DNA of 64,000 bases from Obrimoposthia wandeli (lineage: Eukaryota): the NCBI GenBank assembly GCA_977020255.1, contig CDROCS010001655.1:248001-312000 (forward strand). The letters are read 5' to 3'. How positions within the stretch are numbered: position 1 is the stretch's first letter; each line of letters begins with the position of its first letter. A program made the translations under genes and the position numbers. A model generated the notes under the pieces. The model was not told the DNA's origin. It worked only from the letters and a program-made list of their open reading frames with translations, and ran no database searches. Positions 9,801 to 20,600 of the stretch are shown here, in pieces.

Positions 9801-10203
9801 ATGGATAAGAGATGTGTAGCAAATTTTTATTATCCAGAAAGAATTTCAAAAGGAAAACTATGTAATATATTAAAGAGGCATCAAATTATACGAGTTATGA
9901 ATCCTGTGAAAATATCAAAAGTGGAGAATAAATATCTCATCGAAATTTTAACAACATCTGATATTGATCAATTGAAACATATTTTGGGATTTTACATTCC
10001 TGATTATGTATATGAAGGAAATTGTTTCCAGCTTGAAACTGATCCCAGTCTGGATTTTAAAGATGATCTAGGATATTTGATTGCTCCAATTCTAGATGAA
10101 GAACTATGGAATATCTCAATACGTCTCAATGGATATTTTGCTGATGACGGGAAAATGCAGCCTCTGGACTTTGAGTGAAGCCAATATGTTGTTTTATGTT
10201 TAA
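9801..10203 (+). pseudogene. Accessory ORF B (paralogue of ORF A), frameshift at ~10164
   Basis: LKRHQIIRVMNPVKI..LWNISIRLNGY; the alternative frame continues WTLSEANMLFYV*, matching the ORF A C-terminus; AATAAA overlaps the stop. Confidence 0.6.
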
Positions 10204-10339
10204 TAAATATTTTGAAAAATAATTTTGACTCGTATTTTGTTTTTTCTCCTCTAAATTATATAGATCTGACCGATTTTTTATCCTATAAATAGATATTTAA
10301 CATGTAGTAATTTATTAATCTAAAATCAATCTTAAAAAT

Positions 10340-10590
10340 AGTAGTAATATATTATTTGATATTTCGTCTGTGATAAGCCACCGGGGCCAATATGGATTCC
10401 CGTGGTCTTCTCTAACCACTTTTGATATTCGCAGTAAATTTTTTTAAAAATTGTGGTGGGAGGGTACCCCCTTCCTTCACCCTTTGGGTGGAATGGAGAC
10501 ATACGCGAAATTTCACTACACACACATACACGGTTTTAAAGGACAGAGGAGGGGAGGGGGTGTGGATTAGACCGGACACATCCACCTACT
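10340..10590. repeat. Putative right terminal inverted repeat of the Polinton
   Basis: Non-coding, GC-richer, with G-runs and short hairpins; ends CTACT. The left TIR is not in the window, so this is unverified. Confidence 0.45.
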
Positions 10591-10790
10591 ATAATATATT
10601 CAAGTGTCCATTGTATCTAACTGTCTCTATGAAAGATTTCCATACACCTAAATATTTGCGACTAAAATTTATTAAAGATGAAATGTTTTAATTTAGAAAA
10701 TTTGTAAAATTTTGTATTTATTAAGGTTGTTAAAATTTAATGACGGACATATTAATTCAGAAATTATTCTGAATCGATACCGTATATTGT

Positions 10791-12227
10791 ATGGGAAATT
10801 GCTTCATCAGTATGACCAGCTCCAGTAAGTGCGAGACTTTGAGCGAGTCTAGTGAAGCATCTTCATTCGAAACAGTGATAAACTTCAATGCTGATCGTGT
10901 TCTGTGGATGGATGCAGCAAGCCGATCAGGATCTTCAGGTGCCAATACGCTCTCTGATGTCTCGTCCGAACAGAACCTAACCAGAACCCTTCACAAGACT
11001 AAAAACTCAACTCTTATAGACGCAGCTGACGAAGTAGAGTTTCCTTTAAACTATATAAGCATAGTTCAATGAAAAACATAGTCATTATATTTTGCTGTAA
11101 TAAAATATATAATATACACCAAATGAAATTTATATATGGAATTTAGAAAATGATAGATGCTATTTCTCATTATGCTTATAATCGTTTTGTATGTTTAATG
11201 AAGGACTTTTATTTTAGCCACAAAGCGTATATATAAAAGAAAACAGACGTAATTAAACATACGAAAGGATAGCCTAAAACTGCTACAAATATTTTAATGT
11301 TATCGCAATATTTACTACTTTTGGGATGGCGTCAATAATATAATTTTTAATTCCAGGATGCAGAAAATACGGGCACTTTTCAGACCATAAACCATCCTTC
11401 AAAGTTGTGTCAGTTGTCGTCAACACCCGAACCGATATTTGCTGCTCCAGTTTCAGAGGTGCCTCATCATTGGAGGTCCTTAGCATTGTTAGTGTAAATA
11501 AAAAGTTTCAAGTCCATTAAAACAGTTCACTTTTTGTTCACTCGAAAATAAATAGCGAATAAGAGATAAGCATATTTATAATAAACCACGAAAAGTTCAC
11601 TAGCATTCAAATATAAAATATAGTTAACATCTAAGTTATAATATTTACATATTTCATTAGCTATCTGAGCTCCTTAAATGTATTGAATCAAAAACATTTA
11701 ATTATTGAATGAAGAAAGATGAGTTATTTCACAAATAAATGTTGTAGAGAAGCAAGAGAGAAGCTCAGATAATATGGCTATCAGCTGTATGAGAATTGGA
11801 ATGGTATACTTGACTTTTTACGTACCCATATTGTATATTAGTGTTTGTATGATGAGTATAAAATACGTTTCTAAGCTACTAGGTCACTTATTCTAAAAGA
11901 CATGTACGTTTGTCCTTAGTTCAAACCCCATACAGCCACTCTTCCTGTGGATCTGGTTCAGAGAGGCTTACACTGCAGTCTTCCGAGCTGAAGCCAGATG
12001 AGGTGATCGCAGACTCTGAGCCTGCTGTCTTCAATATGTCTGACGGGGATACACTGAGTCCTGTTGAGCACGACCTCGTCTCCAACAACATAGTTCTTCT
12101 ACAATTCCACAAAGAAGCCTTACCACAGCTCTGCAGACCCGACATGCTTATGCAAGAACTAAATAACAACCGGACCATGGCTGCTTCCGAAAAATTCAAA
12201 GTCAGTTTACTGGACACGATTTTCTGA
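10791..12227 (+). CDS. Candidate host gene fragments (MGNC-starting ORF and a Ser-rich exon at 11920-12227), unknown product
   Basis: GC-richer ORFs; GTAAGT donor at 10825 is phase-compatible with the TTAG acceptor at 11919. No recognised domain. Confidence 0.25.
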
Positions 12228-13680
12228 TATGTATGCAGTCATGCCCACATGTAACAAATTCGTTTTCGTTTTTAAAAGTCCCTTTGGCTAATTGAATTTC
12301 AGAGACCGTCCTTACGTATGTTCATATATGTGTCTATAAAAAAGATAAATGTTTACGTGAAGTTATATGTTAAACATTAAACATTTCCACAAAAATTCTG
12401 ATGATTTTGTTTCTGAACAAATTTTTTGTATTAGCAACTTCATGATATTTTTTTTGTCCGAAATTTACAAACTGTAGAAATGTGTCTAGAATGTAGGGCT
12501 TCTAGAATTAAAAATCACTACCAAACCATCCCAAAAAAAACGCAAAGATTATGGAAAGTAAAATTTTAATATTTTAGATTTTTTTTCTTTAACTTTACTT
12601 TTGTTTTGCAATTCTTTGTCTTATTTGTACTATATTGAGCAATATTGCACATATTATCTGTCGGTGTTCAACGAAGTGTAGAATTTAGTAAATTAGTCTA
12701 AATTATGTAAACCTAAAAAGTTACATAAAAAAGCGATATATATAATAACATACATAATAATTTAAAAGAGACCCTTTGATTTTTAAAGTCTCCAACTAGA
12801 TGTGTCCAATTTTTTTTCAAATTAGATCAAGGAAGTCCTATTCAATCTAAAATAAACATAATCTCTATTATTATATATTTATTTTTATCATCGCTTCAAT
12901 ACTTTAAGTTGAGAGGTCTTGAATGGGTTGGTGGAAGAACTTCATAATAATTTTTTACCATTTTAATCATAAATTTAGCTTACAAGTTTAGCCTTTCTAA
13001 TTACATTTTCTAATTTATTATTACTGCAGTTGGGACGAATAAACCAAAGAAACCTTTCATGAAACCAAATAATCAAATATTACTTTTTCGTATATAAATA
13101 CAAATGATACTTTCAAATTATCTTTGAAATTATTTTACTTTCCTTGCATGAATAATTGTTGTTGTTTTGATCGGAGAACGAATACTAGAGGAAAAGTACC
13201 TACATGGGTTTCAGACAAAATTAACCAGGCACTCAAACTTCTTAGTCCATGTTGCTATGAATCGGATAATTGTACATACATTTAAATGATAACTTTTTAA
13301 TATATTTTCATATTTTAAATTCTTCATTTAAATTTTTTAAAGAATACTAATTTGAAAGTTAGACATTTTCAGAATAACTAAAGTTAGTGAATTTTTCAAT
13401 AGTAATTTCGAAATAAAATTATCTTAAAAAGTTCAAATTAGAGAGCGTATTTTTCTATTTAAAAGCAATCCATAACATGTTCGAATTAGAGAGATAACAA
13501 GTTATAGAGCTGTAATATATTTGACACATCCGCTGTAATAACATGCATACTAATTATTGCTGCTGGATCTTCATATAATTTGAGTGATATTATACATGGA
13601 GAAATACGGTCTTTCGAATTTTTTTTACTGCAATATTTAATTAGAGAACTGTGCATTGGATTCCAGTAAAGTTTTAATGT

Positions 13681-14090
13681 GTGCATTCGAGAAACTGGAA
13701 CCAAAATGCATGCCAGGTGATTACAAATCAGCAGCTGGGCTTCTGCTGCCTGCCGAAGTCTGGAGACGGTGATCACCAGAAGCGACTGATGATGTTGTTG
13801 CCTCGAGACTCGCGACACAACGCTTGGCGCCAGCTGTCTCGTCTGGCTCGACATCGGTCGCTGCTGGCGCTGGAGCGACTGACCAATTGCCGGATTTGTG
13901 TGGCTGCTGGCTTCTTTCTGTACAGCGGGCGCGTAGTGAAGCCCTTCATTATAGACGGACCCAGTACAGATGCAGTGCTGCGCTGCAGAAACTGTCTACC
14001 GGCCAGCTTGCGCAGTGCTATCATCTCACACGACCTCACCTCGACCTGCTCTCCTCGTCATTGTCAGAGTCATGCCGATATTTGAGGTGA
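13681..14090. other. GC-rich exon-like island with several open frames, product unresolved
   Basis: About 400 bp of coding-like composition in AT-rich DNA, followed by an (ACT)n run. Confidence 0.3.
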
Positions 14091-15473
14091 CTGCATCTAC
14101 CACTACCACTACTACTACTACTAGCAGTTGTCACCCATTTATACATTTTGACGAGAATATATATTTCGTTTTCTTTGGTATCAACAGATGCGAATATTTC
14201 TCTAAATTTGTCTTTTATTCAAAATTTTATCAATTATATAGACTACTAAAAATGGTTTTTAACCTTTAGAAGATAAGCATATTTTTCTAAGCTTTTGAAA
14301 ATGATTAATTATTGCATTGTCAGAGTTTTCTAAATTAGTTTGGATCTTCCAATGGAGGCCTGTGAGTTCTTAAGAAATAGTGCTACTTTAAGACAACCTT
14401 GTTTCGAATTAATGTGAAGGTTTGTCTTTGTGTACTGTGAAGTTGCTGTGTATCGTTTGGTAAAAAACTTTTGTCTCTACTGAGGGCTTTCTAACATGTA
14501 ACTGCTTACTGCTTACGAGTTTAAACGTCAAAAACATTTGATTTCTACCAGACCGAATCTATTGCAAATAAAAATGTTTAAAACCTTGTGTCGACTTTAA
14601 GCCTTTGATTATCTTTTTGATTTGGTTCACTGATACAATTGTCGGTCACCTCGTCTTGACTACGGATGGTAAACCACTGACCTGTGAGTCACAAACAGAC
14701 CCACCTAATCTGCAATATTCATTTCATTTATTACGAAAACCCCTTTTTGAAATTTAAAGTTATTAGGTAAGTTTATTATTTTAACATGATATTATTTTAA
14801 TGAAAAATTGAAACGTAATAAAAAGTAACTGAAAATAAAGAGAAAATTAATTCAGTGGAAAGATATTTCATGAAGAACGGACTGTTGTGATTGTGAAATG
14901 CTATAAAAAAGTAATTTTCTGTATTTTCAAGAAATCAATTATTACACGCACTCAAAATATTAAGCACCATTTTGAGAGAATCAATTATCAATGTTAATTA
15001 CCCATTAAAATGTCATTTTTAAGTTTCTTGTATCTTTTTTTAATTAAGTAGTTTCCAGTGGCTAAAACTATTGTAAAGTCAATAATTGATATGGACAAAG
15101 AAGTATCTATCCTATAATGCACAGCCTTTTATTTTAAAAGGTTCAAATTAATCATTTTATCTGATCAGCATATAAAGAACTCCTTTAATAAATAAATGTG
15201 TTTTTTATTTCACACCCTTGGATTTTCGGCCTTTTAAAATAAAAAAGTGCCTTATAGTCCTGAGAGTAGAGTTATTTTATCAGTTGGAAGTTTATCAGTT
15301 TTAATATCGCAACCTACTGAAAAATACTGACTCCGGTTTGTATTTAACTCTGAAAAGCTTTCGAAGTTGATATGTTTTTTTAAACCAGTAATAATTTTAT
15401 TTATATTGCTTGAGTTAAGAGATGATTTCTCTTTTATAAAGAAATATCATGTAGAAATATACGATAAAAATCA

Positions 15474-15549
15474 TCTCAATTTGCGTCGTTTTGAATTGCG
15501 TCGTCTTTCTCTGGTCCCAATTAATGACGCAAATTAAGGTTTTGGTGTA
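15474..15549 (-). mobile_element. pogo/Tigger-like MITE terminus
   Basis: Reverse strand TACACCAAAACCTTAATTTGCGTCA with repeated TTGCGTCG subterminal motifs. Confidence 0.35.
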
Positions 15550-17191
15550 TCGATTTTCTACGAGTGTTAGTGCAAGATACTTTTTCTCTTCGTGATTTTA
15601 GTAACACAGACTTAATGAAAAATCTTTTTTATCTCTTTGACGGTAGATCCTCGGTAAAAAATCGCGTTTTCAGAGAACAAAACTCATTGTTACACTTCTT
15701 CATCGATGGATCATAATTCTACATACCAGCAGACATTTTAGTTACAATGTCAAAATATTCTGAAACTTAAAAACGCAATCATGTCAGTTTAAAAATAAAT
15801 GTCCAAATACATTTATTTATTTCCACCATTCCGAACTAGTTATGTTTATGATTTGTAAAAGTCAAGATAATGTTAAGAAAAATATTGGAAAAAAATTAAT
15901 CTAGTTACAAATTATAATTGTAAAATATCCATATAGAATTCTTATTAAAATTATTGGTAGGGATTAAGAGACGTGATAGTTCAGGGATCGAATACACAAC
16001 TTGCATGTAGTGAAACCGGTGGTACAGCTCCCAGTCACGGGATTTTTTTTCTCTGAAATATAACAATTGCCAAAAAACAACTCAATTTACGACGCTATAA
16101 GTCTAAAGTTGTGTGAAATGATTTTGACTGTATATTTGGACGTTTCTAATGTAATCATGTTTGCAACACGATAGTTTTCAGGCACTAAAAAGGTTGAAAT
16201 GTAATTGTTTTCATGTCTGAGCCACGCCCGGAAAAATGAATATACTGGTCATTCTTGCGCAAGGTTAAAATTGATAAATTATTTTCAGTAGTATTGATTT
16301 GATTAATATTTTATATAAATTATATACTTGTATTTGACAGTAATAGATCTAAATTCAAAATGTCAAGAAAAATTTGATACACGATTAAAAATAAAAGTTA
16401 GAATGAGTGACATGTGAGTGGTAAAACTAATGTTTAATTCTCTAAGAAATTATTTAAGAACTTCTTGCTTGTTTTTGCTTTAATAATTTAAGATTATCAT
16501 AGGGCCTTCAATGAATATAGAATTTCACATTTTTGAAAATGAAAGTGTAGAATCATAGCCGAAGCTTATTTGTTACATATTAGCAAGTTTTAAATAATAT
16601 TTAGTTTGATATATTTTAGGATTTTCGATTTTTTTTAACAAATTGTACGTTTCTTTAATCATTATAAAACGCTTTGCTTAAGCTGTAACATAATTTTCAC
16701 ATTTTGTAGGTTGCTATAAATCATTTAATCATTTGGTTTATATGAAAAATACTCTTTGAACTACTCTTAGTTTCAATATTTTACTAAAAACTTCTATGAT
16801 CGATACTTTTAATAAAAGATTTTTTAAACTTTCTAGAAAACATAAAATTAAATTATACTAAAAGTATATGACAGCATCAGTAAGTTTTTCTAATTTTCAA
16901 AACAATCTAAAATGAAGTAATTTTGCGTTATACGTGGAAATAAATATTAAATGAAAATATTAATTAACTATTTTTAGATATTAATTAATAGTAATGAATA
17001 AAATTTTCATTTTAAATTTACAAAGTATATTAAAAGTTTATTAAAGTTTGAGTTGAAAACGTTTTGAAAATAATCTCGTGTTTAATCGTGCTAAGTTAAA
17101 CAATTTATAATAAGCATAATTCAAATATAATTTCGATTTCTTAATTAAATTGTAAGCTATAATTTTTTTCCAATTTCTAATTTAAAGCATT

Positions 17192-17671
17192 ATGTCTGAA
17201 TTTGACATAGTGCCTATAAAAACGTTAAATGGTTTTGTGAAAATAAAATGTTCATTCAATGATACTATACAGGTAAAAATTAGTTTAGGTGTAAACGGAA
17301 AAATTATGATTATTAGGATTTAATTGTTAAAGTTCTCAATGGTGATTATGAACCTTCGTATTTTGGTTTACAAACAGAGGATGATCGACAGAAGAATAGT
17401 CGTCGTTTCATTTGTAATCGACTACAGTGGGGATATTTGAGGTTGATTTTGGGTCCAAATCAAATCTATCTCTCAGTACGAGTTTATCCGCTGGATTTGA
17501 CGACTACTCTTTCAGAGTCGATAATGACTGTGAGATACTTGAAGGAGCAGGTTCGATTACGCTAGTGAGATTGATTAAAATGTGGATTTAGTTGTGCGAG
17601 CAAATGAATCCTATGATGTCCGATCAAACTAATTTGGAGGTTGCGCTTGATTTGGGATGTCTCATACACTA
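17192..17671 (+). CDS. PTK2: FAK-like exons 1-3 (FERM F1-F2) with 44- and 41-nt introns
   Basis: MSEFDIVPIKTLNGFVKIKCSFNDTIQ|DLIVKVL..SYFGL..VRVYPL..TVRYLKEQ|LCEQ..LEVALDLGCLIH. Confidence 0.8.
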
Positions 17672-20600
17672 GTAAGCAGATTGCCATATACCTAATAATA
17701 AGAAATTGCTCAAGATAAATTAATTTAATAAAAAATATTTTGCTTTTATTACCAGATAAATTTCATTACATATGACGATTTTATTGCCACTGGCATTGAT
17801 TGATATTTCATATTAGAGCTACACACACTGCACACTGCTTAGCACACTGTCGCATTTGTAAACAATGGTGCAGATAAACTAATGTGGTATTCCCTGACAA
17901 CTGTTTTAATAGTTACAAAAAGTGGAAATTTATCTCTTCTTGTACAGAATTAAACTGAAACTACATCAAAACTATTTATTTGCTGATTTCTGCAGTATTA
18001 TAGATTTGTGTGATCAGATTGAACTGTGACCACATTACATTTAATTCAGCTTTTCCTCACTGTAAAACGTCATCATATTACCAGCCTCGATTTATTCTAG
18101 GAAAGCTTGAAATGCAAGCTCGTGAGTTAGCCTAGCTTTGTATGCAAGGAAGCGGTTTTATCGTTATGTTTGCGATTTTCCTGTGGGATTTAATATGAAG
18201 TTTATTAACAATATGTACAGTATTTATATTAAAATATCTTGACACATCCTAACAGTCAATTCATACACAACAACAGTTATTAGAGCAATTGCCCAAAAGC
18301 CTTCCACAGAGGACAACCGCGTATGAAGGACTGGTAGGCTCGCCCTTCCGTTAATGTTTCGCAATAAATGAATGAGCCTCTCTCAGTTCCTCTAGTCTCT
18401 TTAGAACCATGCAATTGAAGATTTCAAAGCTCAACATTTAATTACCGGTGACTCCAATGGATTTACATCTCTGGTGTGCGGATTTCCTCTGCTGCAAATG
18501 AATCTGTTGTACTTATTGACGGATTCATTTAAATAGAAGGTTTCATCACTAAAATTGATGTTTTTTATAACATTAGTATGTGTTGACAAAGGTACAAGAG
18601 CTTTGCGTGATCATTCGCCAATAATTATTGCATGGCTTCGTACCTTCTTGGTGTGGCACTTTGTTAACAGATAAACCAACCTCTTGGTTTTCTTTACCTT
18701 GAGATGTGTCAGGATCATCTGTGTAGGCTTTCTGCAAGGGTACTCGTTGCTCGTTACTTATCACAAAACATTCTCCTAGCTTTTTCTTATCTATTTCAAT
18801 ATTTATCAAAGTCAACAAAATTTTAATTATCCATTTTCCATACGATTTCCACGAAAACCCTTTATTCTGAGCTCCACAGAAGTTTTTGTGGGTTCTGCCG
18901 CAATGAGACCTGTTTCTCTAACATCACATATGTCGACAAGAAAACTGCGGCTGGGAGATTTCGTCTGGGTTTCACTCGAATGGTGAATATATATCTCATT
19001 TAGATGTGTCAAATACAAATGAGAAATCAAGGTTTCAACATGCGGCATTGATGTATCATACGAAGAGTAAATCCAGATGTCGTTTGTCTCCCAATTGGAT
19101 CTAGCTTTATTGCCATAGTGGACATAAATCTCCCAAGGTCAGGTGCCGTAAATATCAACTGACGGATCACCAATGAATCGTCGTGGTATCTCCTACAACT
19201 CGTTTCTACACATCTGATCGAATTATTAGTTATGCCGAAATCGTTTCCGCGGAGTTTGAACTAAAGTATAAAAAATACGAGAAAGATACAATTAGAATGA
19301 TATCATTATAAAATGTTGTAAATATAAAATATTGTTACTTTGTGCAGACATCTAAAATAACAATACACGTTGTCTTATACAGCTACATTGCTTGCGATCA
19401 GTGCCAGAATTGAATTCAAGATACCACCTATTAGCAAAAATGTATTCTCTATCAAAGGCCCTAGCATGTATATGAATGTTGGGATCAACGATGATGACAG
19501 CAGATTGGCCAAGAAGTTCTCAAATAACAAACAGAGTGATGGAACATTCGAACCTCATACTCCAAGTAATAAATCATAGATTTACTAGAAAATTTTATTG
19601 CTAATTGTTACGGAAACATATTGGACGATTTTGAAGGAAAATTTCATTTCCTTTATAACTATTTGATTAAAAACGATACTTGGAGTTTACAGTGCAAAGT
19701 CATATAACAAATTGACAATAATTGATGCACCTTTGAATTTACAGTAATGTCTTCGGCGTTTGGGATTAAATTTACGTCTCACCCATTTAATTTTTAAAAT
19801 TCAAATATTTCATCACTGTTTGTTATTTGAGGCTATTTTTACAATAATCTGCATATACATGCTGACTGTACTAGGCTCGAGGAAATCATATATATATATA
19901 TATTTGGGCTTTTGTGAGAGTTTACAGTTTTTGATAATAAGTAGATTCTTGAATTCAATTCTGGCATGGATCAATAGCCAATGGAGCTTCATTAAATGGT
20001 CACTTGTAATCGTACCTTTAACGCGATAAGTAGGAATATTTAATGGTAAAGAATTTTGAGAATCAAGTCTTGGTGTAATAATTGCATACGTTATCATTGC
20101 AGTTATCTCAGTAGTAAGATATTTTCTTAGATAAATATGTTTGACACAACCAATATTTTTTTACTTTTAAAGTTTTAAAGGCTTCAAGTGTCTTGATTTC
20201 AGTCATTAGAATCAAAATCAGCTTAAAGGTGGAAATATATGTTATATTTCTTATTAATCGCAACGATTGATAATTGATGTTAACTTCTATAAGCTGATTG
20301 TTAAAAGGGAAATAATTTTTCTTTAGCTAAATAATCCTTTAACTATCGTAATAAATTTTTCAAGAACGAAAAAAAAATCTTGTAAATGCGATTTTCACTT
20401 AATTTTTGGAATGTCATTCGAATTGGAATTTGTTCTTGTCGAAAAAGGAAGCCAAGGCGGGCAATCTGATATTGAATTTTCGTCTTAAGTGGTTTATAAA
20501 TTTTAATTTCGATTTTTCTGCAGTCAAACAAACATTAAACATGATTTCAAAGTGACAAAGTGAACGGTTCTACGTTGCACATCGGAGTTGACCTGGATTT

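Larger units (their letters stand above)
1..10590. mobile_element. Endogenous Polinton/Maverick (adintovirus-like) element, right-hand portion; left end lies outside the window
   Basis: Compact cluster of pPolB, adenain-like protease, double-jelly-roll MCP, penton, rve integrase+chromodomain and A32/FtsK ATPase. A GC-richer terminal segment ends ...CACCTACT (10590), the complement of the AGTAG start typical of Polintons. Confidence 0.93.

Noticed and set aside
13770-14090. CGCWLL..RSEALHY frame as a FAK FERM exon
   Set aside because: It would be out of order, and exon 17317-17550 fits that part of FERM better.
14101-14123. (ACT)n run as the Polinton right terminus
   Set aside because: ACTACT resembles Polinton ends, but no element-like genes or TIR features lie between 10.6 and 14.1 kb; a microsatellite is simpler. 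Not fully excluded without the left end.
14700-14766. IHFIYYENPFLKFKVIR|GTAAGT as the first FAK coding exon
   Set aside because: It resembles the vertebrate FAK N-terminus, but ATG 17192 gives a complete in-frame FERM start and I found no phase-compatible join; it may be a 5' UTR exon.
18560-19300. Coding-like degenerate segment in FAK intron 3
   Set aside because: Probably TE debris, but there is no diagnostic motif to assign a family.
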